Shown here one piece after another: positions 63,261 through 64,000 of a stretch of DNA of 64,000 nucleotides. Location of the stretch: contig OZ250169.1 in NCBI GenBank assembly GCA_965237955.1, positions 3,200,001-3,264,000 on the forward strand, written 5' to 3'. This DNA comes from Candidatus Marinacidobacterales bacterium. GTDB lineage: Bacteria; Acidobacteriota; Vicinamibacteria; Marinacidobacterales; SMYC01. The notes beneath the pieces were generated by a model. It was not told the DNA's origin and did no database searches. It worked only from the letters and a program-made list of their open reading frames with translations. The position numbers and the translations under genes were made by a program. The stretch's first letter is position 1, and each line of letters begins with the position of its first letter.

Positions 63261-63732
63261 TCACCAACAGTAGACGGCGGAAGCACCGTAGAGGATCTCG
63301 AACTCGTTGATGTCCCTCGCCGGAGTCGACGCCGCCGTTGGCGCGGCTGTCAAGTCGGTTTCGCGTCGCCCTTCCTCGAAGAGCGCGCGCACACTCGGTG
63401 GGTATGTATCGGTGTCCAACGTGTAGCTAGGACTTAGCCGAAGGACGTTCGTGAAGCTCTCTTTGGCGGCCTCCGAATCCTGTAGCGCAAAGTAGGTCAA
63501 GCCGAGATAGAGGTGCCCCTCGATGCGCATCGCTTCGCCGTTCGCGACGTCGGGCCGCTCGTCGAGCACACGGACGACGGCCCCGAGCGCTTGCATCGCA
63601 CGAATGAAGTTGGCGCTCTGGTAAAGAGCTTTCGCTTCATCGAGCTCGCGGGCGAGATCCGACTGGCTCGCGGCGGGCGACCGCCGTCGAGCTCGAGATG
63701 ACCAAGACTGTGGCGACGAAGGATTGCATCAT
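63261..63732 (-). pseudogene. Secreted TPR protein, frameshifted/truncated
   Basis: Signal-like MMQSFVATVLVI, then EAKALYQSANF...HLYLGLTYFAL...FTNVLRLSP in another frame. Confidence 0.55.
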
Positions 63733-63802
63733 GACGTCCTCGTTCGCGGTGGAGCCGGTAAGCGGGTTGCTTCCAACGCGCACTACGATTATAGAGAGCG
63801 CT

Positions 63803-64000
63803 ATGAGAAAAGCGAAGTCGAAGCTTTGGTGTGGCGCCGCGGCGACGGCGTGGATCATCGGATGTGCCACCGCGAAGCAGCCTTCCGCGACTACGAGCGG
63901 CGAGCGCCGTAACGTGATCTTCATCCTCGTCGATGATCAGAGGTACGACGCCTTGGGGTTTCTCAATCCGCTTCTCGAGACGCCGAACATGGATCGTCTC
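63803..64000 (+). CDS. Sulfatase, 5' part (runs off window)
   Basis: Lipoprotein-like signal, then RNVIFILVDDQRYDALG...ETPNMDRL. Confidence 0.85.
   Translation, partial: MRKAKSKLWCGAAATAWIIGCATAKQPSATTSGERRNVIFILVDDQRYDALGFLNPLLETPNMDRL

Overview
A GC-rich bacterial accessory region. Its gene repertoire (VPS10/BNR proteins, ECF sigma + Ser/Thr kinase-TPR genes, S9 peptidase, DUF4388, TonB receptor) looks Acidobacteriota/Vicinamibacteria-like, which is an inference. About 1-52.8 kb is a decayed mosaic. Intact genes alternate with IS3, ISAzo13, IS21, IS1380, IS91-like and several integrase-core (DDE) elements, small MITEs, group II intron remnants, AT-richer foreign-looking segments, and gene fragments fused at short microhomologies, including one MATE gene whose internal segments appear reordered. 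Many frameshifts lie in homopolymers and may be consensus errors. The best candidate for an undescribed system is 52.8-63.1 kb: three consecutive transcription units, each preceded by a sigma-54 -24/-12 promoter motif and a shared palindrome TGTAG-N9-C(T/G)ACA. They encode a two-HKD phospholipase D, a permuted papain-like (YaeF/YiiX) enzyme interrupted by a MITE, a small protein, a ~810-aa protein (possibly TULIP/P47-like) with a Gly-rich hydrophobic hairpin, and a YCF48-propeller/KAP NTPase fusion. No rRNA, tRNA or CRISPR array was recognised. All family calls are by-eye motif recognition, not database searches.
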